A DNA stretch of 63,277 nt, the filler included, from Phoronis australis (lineage: Eukaryota; Animalia; Phoronida), in the NCBI GenBank assembly GCA_002633005.1. It is 7 parts of 7 records of this genome, joined end to end, with 100 filler letters (N's around TTAATTAATTAA, not from the genome) between each part and the next. Parts side by side here need not be neighbours in the genome. Positions count along the whole stretch, not along the records: positions 50,489 to 60,825 come from NMRA01001759.1; positions 60,926 to 63,277 come from NMRA01003718.1; 5 more parts are not named here. The stretch is one strand, 5' to 3'. Below, piece after piece: positions 53,115 to 63,277 of the stretch. The first letter of the stretch is position 1, and each line of letters starts with the position of its first letter. The position numbers and the translations under genes are program-made. Under the pieces are notes generated by a model. The model ran no database searches. It saw nothing but the letters and a program-made list of their open reading frames with translations, and was not told where the DNA came from.

Positions 53115-53852
53115 NNNNNNNNNNNNNNNNNNNNNNNNNNNNNNNNNNNNNNNNNNNNNNNNNNNNNNNNNNNNNNNNNNNNNNNNNNNNNNNNNNNNNN
53201 NNNNNNNNNNNNNNNNNNNNNNNNNNNNNNNNNNNNNNNNNNNNNNNNNNNNNNNNNNNNNNNNNNNNNNNNNNNNNNNNNNNNNNNNNNNNNNNNNNNN
53301 NNNNNNNNNNNNNNNNNNNNNNNNNNNNNNNNNNNNNNNNNNNNNNNNNNNNNNNNNNNNNNNNNNNNNNNNNNNNNNNNNNNNNNNNNNNNNNNNNNNN
53401 NNNNNNNNNNNNNNNNNNNNNNNNNNNNNNNNNNNNNNNNNNNNNNNNNNNNNNNNNNNNNNNNNNNNNNNNNNNNNNNNNNNNNNNNNNNNNNNNNNNN
53501 NNNNNNNNNNNNNNNNNNNNNNNNNNNNNNNNNNNNNNNNNNNNNNNNNNNNNNNNNNNNNNNNNNNNNNNNNNNNNNNNNNNNNNNNNNNNNNNNNNNN
53601 NNNNNNNNNNNNNNNNNNNNNNNNNNNNNNNNNNNNNNNNNNNNNNNNNNNNNNNNNNNNNNNNNNNNNNNNNNNNNNNNNNNNNNNNNNNNNNNNNNNN
53701 NNNNNNNNNNNNNNNNNNNNNNNNNNNNNNNNNNNNNNNNNNNNNNNNNNNNNNNNNNNNNNNNNNNNNNNNNNNNNNNNNNNNNNNNNNNNNNNNNNNN
53801 NNNNNNNNNNNNNNNNNNNNNNNNNNNNNNNNNNNNNNNNNNNNNNNNNNNN
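53115..53852. other. Sized assembly gap flanked by C-runs
   Basis: About 740 N; ORFs spanning it are artefacts. Confidence 0.97.
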
Positions 53853-54436
53853 CCCCCCCCCCCCATTTGGCGAAGTGCGGGGCCAAAAGATCCGCCTCAG
53901 GGAAACAAATGAGTCCGAAAAAGTAGAAAACAAAGGTCCACTAAAAAGGCAGGAACTACCAAAGTTCGACGAATGCACAATTCATGGCACTGAACGTACC
54001 ATTTTTTTTTAGTAAAAGGTCCACATTCTCAAAAATTTGAGCCCCTATCTTTTAGGCTGGCTGCCCGTGCATGAATGAATTGTGCATGAATTGGAGGTGA
54101 TGTCAGGGCTTCAAGAGAACTGACAGCTTGTGGAAACCAATCTCTAACAGTTGTCACGGCGTGTCAGCACAACGTATGGTCCAATCTCTAAAAGTTGTCA
54201 CGGCATGTGAGCACCAAGTATGGTCTCAACAATTAACCAATGTCAGTTCTTTGCAAAATCACCCTCCAACGCTTTACAGTGTACATGAAACATTCGCTGC
54301 TATAACAGAACGCGCTTTTATTGTCGCTTTAAAAGGAAATCATGCTCTGTTTTGGTAATTTCAAGCAATCTTCTTTTCTCCTGCTAATGCACCATTGGTG
54401 TCTCACTTGAATGATAAAAGCAGGATTCAACTGAGT

Positions 54437-54740
54437 ACACTTACTCACAGTGTCACACAACTAAATAAACTTACACACAGTGTCACACAACTAAATACAC
54501 TTACTCACAGTGTCACACAACTAAATACACTTACTCACAGTGTCACACAACTAAATACACCTACTCACAGTGTCACACAACTAAATACACCTACTCACAG
54601 TAACTCACAGTGTCACACAACTAAATACACTTACTCACAGTGTCACACAACTAAATACACTTACTCACAGTGTCACACAACTAAATACACTTACTCACAG
54701 TGTCACACAACTAAATACACTTACTCACAGTGTCACACAA
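54437..54740. repeat. Minisatellite, 30 bp x about 10
   Basis: cacttactcacagtgtcacacaactaaata repeated almost perfectly. Confidence 0.95.
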
Positions 54741-54979
54741 ATGGTTCCTGGTGGGTGTTCTTGTCCTACAATTGTCGTTTAACCCAACCTAAACGGTAGG
54801 TCTCGCTTACCCGTTCAGCAGACTATCTAAGTAGTTTTCAAATTTTGCTCCAAATTCTTAGGGCTGGCGAGGGTTAAAGTGCATTATTTTGTTATAGATA
54901 ACTGGTTGTTAATACCTGACAATAGTTCACAATCGGGTTTAGTATCCTTTGATAGAATTAGATGGTGATAATGTTGTAG

Positions 54980-57900
54980 GTACAAAGATGGTATGTCCAC
55001 CCAAGTCTTGGATACAGATTATTGTTTACGTTGGTCAAAGTCTTCCACTTAACACCGGAGCAGGTAAACGATCACAAACAAAGTGAATTTATTGTATATA
55101 TCACGAACAGTATTGGCTTAGGGCCACATCGTAGAAATGAAGCGGCGTTAACGTTGTAAAAGTTTTAACGATTAGATCAAAAGCAAAATATAAAATTACC
55201 GACTTGAGACGATTTCACCTTTTGTTGTTACAGGAAAGTTTCAGAAACTTTTTCGAGTTCTGCCAGTTTCAGTCTACGTTTCAAAAAGGCGGTGAAAATC
55301 TTAATGGAAGTTTTGTTGGCTGGGATATATCACTTTTGCTTACTGGGTAAGTAATCTAGCTGGCCTACGTGTTTGTCAAATATCTAAACCTTGACGACTT
55401 TTAATCGTGAAAATGGAAGTTTCAACAACTAGCTCGCAATAATTAATTTATTCCTCTGAGTGTCGTGTGTTACAAATTCTACCCCCCCCCCTCGAATCGC
55501 CGTCATTTTCACTCACTTTGTTATCGACTTTCACAAATTTGAACACTTCGGACCATAGTAAAGACTGAGTTGATTAAAACCTGAGCCAAGAGGTCAGGGC
55601 GTCTTGGCTCAGTTGAGGTCGGGTCCAAGATAGTGCATAAGAAGACTACTCAAGTTTCTTTTCTTTCAGGAAACGTGGCATGTTTGGACGAAGGTCTAAC
55701 GGTTAGTTATTTAGTTTATTATTTAACATTATAAGCTAGGTTCACTTTCTGTAGTCTCAATCAGTGACGTTACCTAAGTAAACATTGGTTGAAATTCATA
55801 GATTGCAGCCACCTGCAAAAGACATAGTCTACTTTTGTTTCTGTAGGCCGAGCAATTGAAGGCCGGGCTAATCTGGGAGGCTGTTGTAACCCAACGGAAA
55901 TGTGTGCGGGGGCTTATCACCATTTCGACAAGGAGTACTACATGGTGAGACTTCTTGCCCACGAGATGGCGCACACGTAAGTTCATCTTCATTATCATCG
56001 TCGTCATGATCATGAAGAGAATCGCGATACTCCTCTTCGTGATTCTCATCATCACGGGACAGTTATGACCACCGCCATATTTCTCCTAAAGTCATTACTC
56101 TCAACAGCGCCACCACTTGATCATTATCACTATCAATACCATCAAAATCATCATTGTCACTATTCTTACTTCAAGTTTTAGACCGAGTACTGTTAATAAT
56201 AGATCTACTAAAGCGCCACAATCAATAAATTAAATTACAATTCACTTGGATCTTCACATACTCACCATCTCCACCCACGCTGCTACATGTGACTTAACGA
56301 CAGAAGCATTTTCTAGAAATACTTAAAGTCCTCAGCAACTGATTGAAGAAGAAGGCGGACTGTTGAAATTTGGCATTCCTGTTGGGAACTGTACTGCACA
56401 GTTCCTGTTGGGAAGTCTACTGCACAGTTCCTGTTGGGAAGTGTCCTGCACATTTCCTGTTAGGAAGTGTACTGCATAGTTCCTGTTGGGAAGTCTACTG
56501 CGCAGTTCCTGTTGGGAAGTCTACTGCACAGTTCCTGTTGGGAAGTGCGCTGCACAGTTCCTGTTGGGAAGTGTACTGTACAGTTCCTGTTGGGAAGTGT
56601 GCTGCACAGTTTCTGTTGGGAAGTGCGCTGCACAGTTCCTGTTGGGAAGTCTACTGCGCAGTTCCTGTTGGGAAGTCTACTGCACAGTTCCTGTTGGGAA
56701 GTGTGCTGCACAGTTCCTGTTGGGAAGTGTACTGCACAGTTCCTGTTGGGAAGTGTGCTGCACAGTTCCTGTTGGGAAGTGTGCTGCACAGTTCCTGTTG
56801 GGAAGTGTGCTGCACAGTTCCTGTTGGGAAGTGTATACTACACAGTGGCTGAACATGTAGCTGGTGCTGGTTAATCAAGACTGACGTTAGCGGGAAGAAT
56901 TAAAGCGAACCTTTATTGCAGACATTTCTGATCCTTTCTAGGTTTGGAATAAAAGATGACTATCATCCCCCAAACAACAGAAAGTGTCGGCGAGGACTAA
57001 TGTACAACCAACACCGAGGCAATTCCTTCTCCAAGTGTAGCGTTGAAGACCTTGAGAGGTGGCTTCTGTAAGTAAGCTAGAAAGTGAATCGTTCTGCTGT
57101 CGAAAGGATAAAAAACTCCCTCTTATGTCAAAACCGTATTTTGAGAGACCTGCTTACTCTAGTAAACTCGGCCTCACCTTGTTTCTTACTCAGATTACAA
57201 AAACTTTCTAGACTGGAGAAGACCTTACAAGTCGTTAATATTTCAGGCTACACTTTTTGATTGTCTCAGCTGGATACTTTCAGTCGCTAGGGTTATTCAA
57301 GCTGGTCTATCGTAATCAACTACAATTCAAATAAGGAAGAAAAAACGCCTGTGAAGAAGAATTCATGTCAACAGCAGAACATGGCCTTCGGTGGTTTTAA
57401 ATGTCAGTTAATCATTTGCGCGTAAAACACTGGAAGTTTTTCGCAATATCAGGTACTGCTATTGTAGTTACTAACACTATGGTAAACTCTTCAAATTTTT
57501 AAAGGAATGACAAGAGAAGAAATATGCAACCGAACTTGGTTCAATCGTGTCAAACCTGTTAACAAGATTTTGCAAAGTGCAACAAGGTTCCATCATACGT
57601 GATTGTCATTACCTTAGGAATTGTTGTCATTGTAGATCAGAAAGATCCATGTGTCTCGACACTCTTCCAAAATCCACCAATGAGACCACAAAACTTTTCG
57701 ATAGCTCCATGTTCATCAAGCCGATAGAGGCGGTAGACGGTTCTTGGGGCCTATGGAGCACTTGGAGTACATGCTCTCGAACGTGTGGAGGTGGAGTTCG
57801 ACGCCAAAGGCGGGATTGCAATTCACCGTCGTAAGTACTCGCTGGTTCCCTGCGTGCCGCTAGGTGGTAGCCAGCACGCTGGCTAGGCACGTGGGGAACC

Positions 57901-59167
57901 AGCGAGTCGTAAGTAAAGCTTGTGCAAGAAATTTAATTCGAGTTAATGCCTCTCGTGTTTGGTCATAATTCATCGTCATCAGTTTTGACGACTGTAAGAG
58001 TGAGTACAAATTGCTATGTAAAATCTGGTTCGAGTGCTAAAATGCTTTTTCATCTTGTTTTATTCTAGACCAATCAGGGGTGGTCGAGCTTGCACAGGGC
58101 ATCGCTATAGGAACATGATGTGTCACACGGAAAGCTGTGTCAACCCATACAAACGCACAGCTGATCACTCGTCTATTTTGCTCCAATATGCTGACGAGTG
58201 TGCACGGAAGTATTTCAAGCGATACACTTTTCCTGAGATTGAAGGAATTTATCGTGAAGGTACATGTGATTCTTTGGCATCCATTCAGTACAGACCTTTG
58301 CACAAACTACCGCTGAACTCAAGCCCTTCATTAGTCGATGTTTTCTGCACATAAGACGCGATCGCAGTTAAGCGAATACTCTTTTACCTGTGTTGGTTTT
58401 GAAAATTGGACATCTTAGACGGTCCGATGTGGACGAACGATTACATTTGAAGTGCTACTCGCTCAACTGGAGTGAACATATGCCATTTGCACGTAAAGTT
58501 GATTTTTATATACAAAGTGATATCTGTTTGGATGGCGTGTGTCCGATAAGTTATCATGGTTCGTCAATCATCTGTCAACAGTTAGTTGGTAAATTTACAA
58601 CGCAACGGAGATTTACATGTGCACTTTCTGAATTCGGTGACCCGTTTTTTAGGAACAGCGCGGTGCCACACGATGTGTACACCAGTTGGGAAGAATTATT
58701 ATCGTTACTACAGTGTGGTGGACGGGTTCAGTTGTAGTTCTATACAAAATGATGTCTGTGTGGATGGCGTGTGTCTGGTAAGTAAGTTTGCCCCGATCCG
58801 GAAATATTGAACTGGTATATATTTATCCATGGGCAAACCAGATATGCAAAATTCCAAATAATGAAATCAGATCAAAGGGTCTACGGGATTGTCATAAATT
58901 TAGTGGTTTAATTTTCTAGACTTTTACCCAAGAACGCCGTCTTTGATTTGTAAAATGTCGATGAAATATTGAGGATTTTGGTGTTAATTTGCTGCAATCG
59001 ATTGTGATAACCTGCAGACGTTCAACAAGGGCTGTTAATATTATAGGAACGCGGTTGCGATGATGAAACCTTCGAGTCAAAGGCTAGGTACGATGTATGC
59101 GGCGTATGCGGCGGAAACGGAACGTCGTGTAAAGTATACAATGGCACTTACTACGGAGAGTTTATTG
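54980..59167 (+). CDS. ADAMTS-like metalloprotease (partial): catalytic domain, TSP1 repeat, Cys-rich domain
   Basis: Nine phase-consistent exons: 54980-55063 (WYVHPSLG), 55234-55346 ([13 protein letters not shown]), 55670-55701, 55847-55976 ([16 protein letters not shown]), 56942-57067 (FGIKDD..LMY..FSKCS), 57636-57830 ([23 protein letters not shown]), 58069-58259, 58653-58777 (VVDGFSC..VCVDGVC), 59047-59167 ([17 protein letters not shown]). N- and C-terminal exons not identified. Confidence 0.92.
56376..56843. repeat. Minisatellite, 26 bp x about 18, in the intron that splits the zinc-binding motif
   Basis: gttcctgttgggaagtSTRctgcaca repeated. Confidence 0.95.
57838..57906. mobile_element. 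69-bp hairpin MITE with 9-bp target-site duplication
   Basis: TIR ctcgctggttccc / gggaaccagcgag flanked on both sides by tcgtaagta (57829-57837, 57907-57915). Confidence 0.85.
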
Positions 59168-60752
59168 GTAAGTTCCCCCTAAATTCGCCACTAAGTATAA
59201 CACATAGATTAATCGTTGAGATCTTTGAACTTATGTAGAACCTTATTTTTTAATTTTGAAGATTTCAAGCAACCTCGTTTTGTCACCTGCTGATGCATCA
59301 TTGGCGTCAATCTCGAAAAATAAAGGCAAGAACCCTATCTCACAAATTGAGTGGATGGTGGTCTTTTCTCACAGTTGCCTGTAATTTGCTAAAAGCATAG
59401 GTCACGGAGTTTTCAAATTTTCCACCAAAATCGGGTTGAGTATCCTTTTAATCATTGTTTTACGATATTGAATACCTGTTTGGATAAATATTTTAGCTTC
59501 ATCATTCCCTAACTAGTTAACTTTAAAATTGACATCTTCCAAGTTGGGTACCACTATGTACTGTTGACCTATTTAACATTGACTCCACCTCTGACCTAGT
59601 TTGACCAGAGACATTGAACCTCCCGACTTTCAAAATTACATGGTGTTTTAGAGATAATTAGTTTGTTACGCTTTGCAAATTTAGTTGACATTGCAATTGA
59701 ATACTGAACTAATGATCATGGTTATGGCATATGTATAGGTTATATTGACCAAAAACAAGTTTTCATCGGATACTCGCGATGTTTTCGGCTTTCTCTCGGC
59801 CTTGGTAAATCAACTTAGGAACACGCTAAGTTCTCGAAATGGTTCTGTGGATTTTACTAAAACTTTCTAGTATTTATTTATCCATTTCAAAACGATGTTA
59901 GAATTTTTTAAATGCCTAGTATAATTGCGCCGTGCCATAAACAAAATGCGTTAATTTTGTGATTAATTCGGCATAGAAACCAAACTAAATGAGTAATCGA
60001 AATTTTCTAACGACGTTTTTGAGAGATATCCACAATGACTTTTCATTTAGGAAGATATCATTGAAGTCGATGTGGGGGTGTTAGTGCTACGAATGTACCT
60101 TGGTTAAAGACAAAACTTTGACTTAAAAAGGTGGCCATACATTATAATAATAATAATCACACGTAAGCATGAAGTGCATTTTGATAATACCTGACATTTC
60201 TTCTTTCAGAAAATATGTATTTTTGATAGCTGACAAAGCCTACCTTTTCTGGTAGTTGACTTTGAATTAACGTTCCTCAATAAGATCGCACGTGACTCTA
60301 AAAACTGTTTTACTTATACGCAGTGTTGAAAAGCCGTCGACTCACTCAGAATAAATTCAACTTATCTTGATTGACTCAGCTGATTTGCCGATGAATGAGA
60401 CACTGTATGAGTGAGGGCATTTTGAAAGAATATGCGCGGAATGAGAATGGAACAACTTCGTAATCCGAAGATTCCGACAATGATCGGACATAAATATTGA
60501 ACGCAGGTCCGATCGACGACGTTCAGGGGAATGTATTTCGATTGATCCGTTATCGAAGAACGCAGTCTTACAGTCAGCGTTCATACTAGCTGACACGTAG
60601 CTGACTTCTTGTGACGTTAGTAGATCACGTAACAAATTTCCTTTGCGTGTTGGAAATTCGATTATTATATTTTAGACAGATTTAATTAATGATTATAACG
60701 CAATCCCAAATTTATTAAATTGTAAGCTTAACATTTTTGACATCGCAATGAT

Positions 60753-60825
60753 TAAGATAAGCGTGCAATTATTAACTAAGATAAGCGTGCAATTATTAAC
60801 TAAGATAAGCGTGCAATTATTAACT
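60753..60825. repeat. Tandem repeat, 24 bp x 3, running into a gap
   Basis: taagataagcgtgcaattattaac repeated. Confidence 0.9.
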
Positions 60826-62567
60826 NNNNNNNNNNNNNNNNNNNNNNNNNNNNNNNNNNNNNNNNNNNNTTAATTAATTAANNNNNNNNNNNNNNNNNNN
60901 NNNNNNNNNNNNNNNNNNNNNNNNNACAGTTCCACCTGTATGGCAATATTTCTAACCCGGGTGGAAATGTGTTCTTCCTGGCTGGTAATATTTTCCACCC
61001 GAATGACAAAGAGAGAAAGTTTTTAAGGCAGAAATAGCATTTCCAAACATCAAAAATGCATTGATTTAAACACATTTGCCTTTATGAATTTGGTCTCAAA
61101 TTGCTCCTGAGAGGTGATTTTGGGTTTTTAAAGAATTTAAAGCATGTAATGATTTAGGTGGATGTCTGCCTGATTCTAGTTTGCACTTGATGACCCCCGC
61201 ATTAAAGCTATTCAATTCTGAAATTGAGAGTTCCGAGATTTCACGCCATCTGACGCCGTTGGCTCTAACTCAGTTGCAAACATAAATGTCAAATGAATTC
61301 TGGATATATTGATGATTATAATCAATAAGAAATAATCGATAACATTTTTTCTTATTCTACATTGGCGGATACGAACAAGATGTTACCATAGATATCATGA
61401 TTTTGGCTCACTGCTTCTTAATGTTTAGTTAAATGTCTTGGTTGTGAAAGTGTGGTTGTATTTTCTGTATAGTTAATTTTGATGGTTTCTAACGGTCAGT
61501 CGCTTTACATCAGCAAATTTAAGTGTGATAGCAAAGTCACGTCAAAGTATTTATAGTGACTCTCCCTTCAAAGAAACTGAGGGGGTTGTCTAGCTTGGGT
61601 ATGTGCAGTTGTTATGGTAACCAAGAAGTAGCTTGTCCTCGAAAATAATTCAGCTAATTTAGGTTTTGGGGTCAAATTCATTTTATAAGTGAGAAACCTT
61701 GGCAAAAATTTGGGTGGGATACTATTTTTGAAAATTAGACGTGTTGCTGTACCGCTAGGACCTTGCTCAAATCTAGCTAAAATCCCATGTCCTCATTTGA
61801 AATACACGGCAACATCTCACGTTATCTCGCGAAGTCTAGCTTTTTAGCGAGGTCTTACCTTTACTAAACTCTATCCCGGTATGACTTGGTCACAGATCCA
61901 CCACGTGGATTAGTTTCTGAATTAAGTACTAGTCCACGAGAGCACCAACCATGAGCGGCAAGGTGGGGGTCAGCCGATTTTCACCAAATTTGGCACATAT
62001 GTAGTCCTATGGGATCTATAAACAGCGGTAAAATATTTCCTCAAAATATTGCGTTTTTCTAAAGTTATAGGTTCAAACACATTTTACGGCTTCGCAGCCA
62101 TGTTTTCACGGTATAAAAACTGTCCNAGTTTTAACTGTTCATATTTTTCCGTGAATGAAAGCTATTGATTTCTTAGTCACTTGGCATTGTTTAGTGGAGC
62201 CTGTAGATTGTTACACAGATGTCTTTGAAACACGATTCCGATTTACCACCCTCATTTAGTAGTTTTACTACACTGCCCCCCGTTATGTCATTTTGAGGTT
62301 GTGTTCAGTACACTGCTGTACCAAATCTGCCCCCACTGTTATGAGAATGAAACTTAGCCAAAATGTTGACAAAACATTTTACTTTCATTGCATAAAATAA
62401 AAACTTTGTCAGCCAGTTTATTAGTTATACATTTTGGCACCTCAAATGTACTAAAATGAGAAATTTTCATATATCTGACTCGATGCGTGAGCACCGTAAA
62501 ATCCGATTGTCCTTCATGTTTTTCGATATTTTGCAACCAGTTAGTTCCTCCTGAATGTTTTGAACGT

Positions 62568-62805
62568 TTTACTACTTATCACTTAAGGCTATAGTACCCC
62601 TAAATACATGCATACATGGCTCCATTTTGTAAAAAGCCGATTATGTCCTCCACAGTGAACAGGGTTAGACATGAACTCGACAAATGAGTTTTACTACTTA
62701 TCACTTAAGGCTATAGTACCCCTAAATACCATACATGGCTCCATTTTGTAAAAAGCCGATTATATCCTCCACAGTGAACAGGGTTAGACATGAACTCGAC
62801 AAATG
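62568..62805. repeat. Near-identical tandem duplication, about 120 bp x 2
   Basis: ttttactacttatcacttaaggctatagtacccc..catgaactcgacaaatg occurs twice. Confidence 0.92.
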
Positions 62806-63277
62806 TAGGTTATTTTGATTTACAGTTGTTTTACTTTGTAATTTCTTCACACATATTCAAGTCAGATTTTCTGTTGATCAAATGTTCATGCAATGCATTG
62901 TAATATCAAATGAATGATAAGTTTGGTGGCATGACCGCAATTTTTCCCACGACTTAAAACAAAAGACCGCAGAAATTTTCCTGACGAAATACCCGGTTTG
63001 CAGTTCTCTAAAAAACATGATTCGAATGACAAGACAAACTCCACCACTGTCCATGGTAACTCGTCGCATGTTTTTCGCCCATCGGTCCTATCATTGTTTT
63101 CCTTTGTTGTGTCATTGTTGGATATAACAATACAGGTCGCATGGATATAGAACCTTTGCGTACATCAGACCGTTGCCGATAAGTGCTCGTCATTATATCT
63201 TTATTATAACAACGGGAACAATGAAGATGCTAATCTATTGTTCTCTATTCGACCAGGTTTCCCGTGTTTGACCACAG

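Noticed and set aside
52940-54012. Long ORFs of 275-324 aa
   Set aside because: Almost entirely X from the N gap.
54395-54799. Repetitive ORF (THSVTQLN)n
   Set aside because: By-product of the 30-bp minisatellite.
56370-56878. Cys-rich ORFs in several frames, or a CRISPR-like array
   Set aside because: Translation of a 26-bp tandem repeat with no unique spacers; lies in an intron; eukaryotic context with no cas genes.
59739-60230. ADAMTS spacer or terminal exon candidates (GYIDQKQV.., GRYH*)
   Set aside because: No IPxGA spacer motif; could not choose among acceptors without transcripts.

Overview
AT-rich eukaryotic (invertebrate metazoan; taxon not determinable here) draft-assembly scaffold made of several contigs joined by N-gaps, six of which carry an artificial TTAATTAATTAA linker. 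The ORF track is mostly uninformative because the genes are spliced. Manual GT-AG, phase-consistent exon chaining recovers four genes. (1) A minus-strand PWWP-domain gene resembling PWWP3A/MUM1 (431-9873), with an in-frame TAG in one bridging exon. (2) The first coding exon of mitochondrial sulfide:quinone oxidoreductase (SQOR, 31123-31359). (3) A minus-strand TASOR/FAM208-like gene with pseudo-PARP (DUF3715) and SPOC domains (about 34004-46235). (4) A plus-strand ADAMTS-like metalloprotease (54980-59167) with Asp in place of the third zinc-binding His and no disintegrin-like domain. The rest is transposon debris: Penelope GIY-YIG fragments, a minimal hammerhead ribozyme, two pieces of one Gypsy LTR family, a Sola3-like transposon, Helentron/HINE-like elements (one carrying an array of CTCF-like motifs), foldback MITEs and minisatellites. 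Family assignments rest on recalled motifs, not on searches. I found no convincing evidence of a wholly new multi-gene system; the best novelty candidates are the aberrant ADAMTS, the invertebrate TASOR, and the TE-borne CTCF-motif array inside TASOR.
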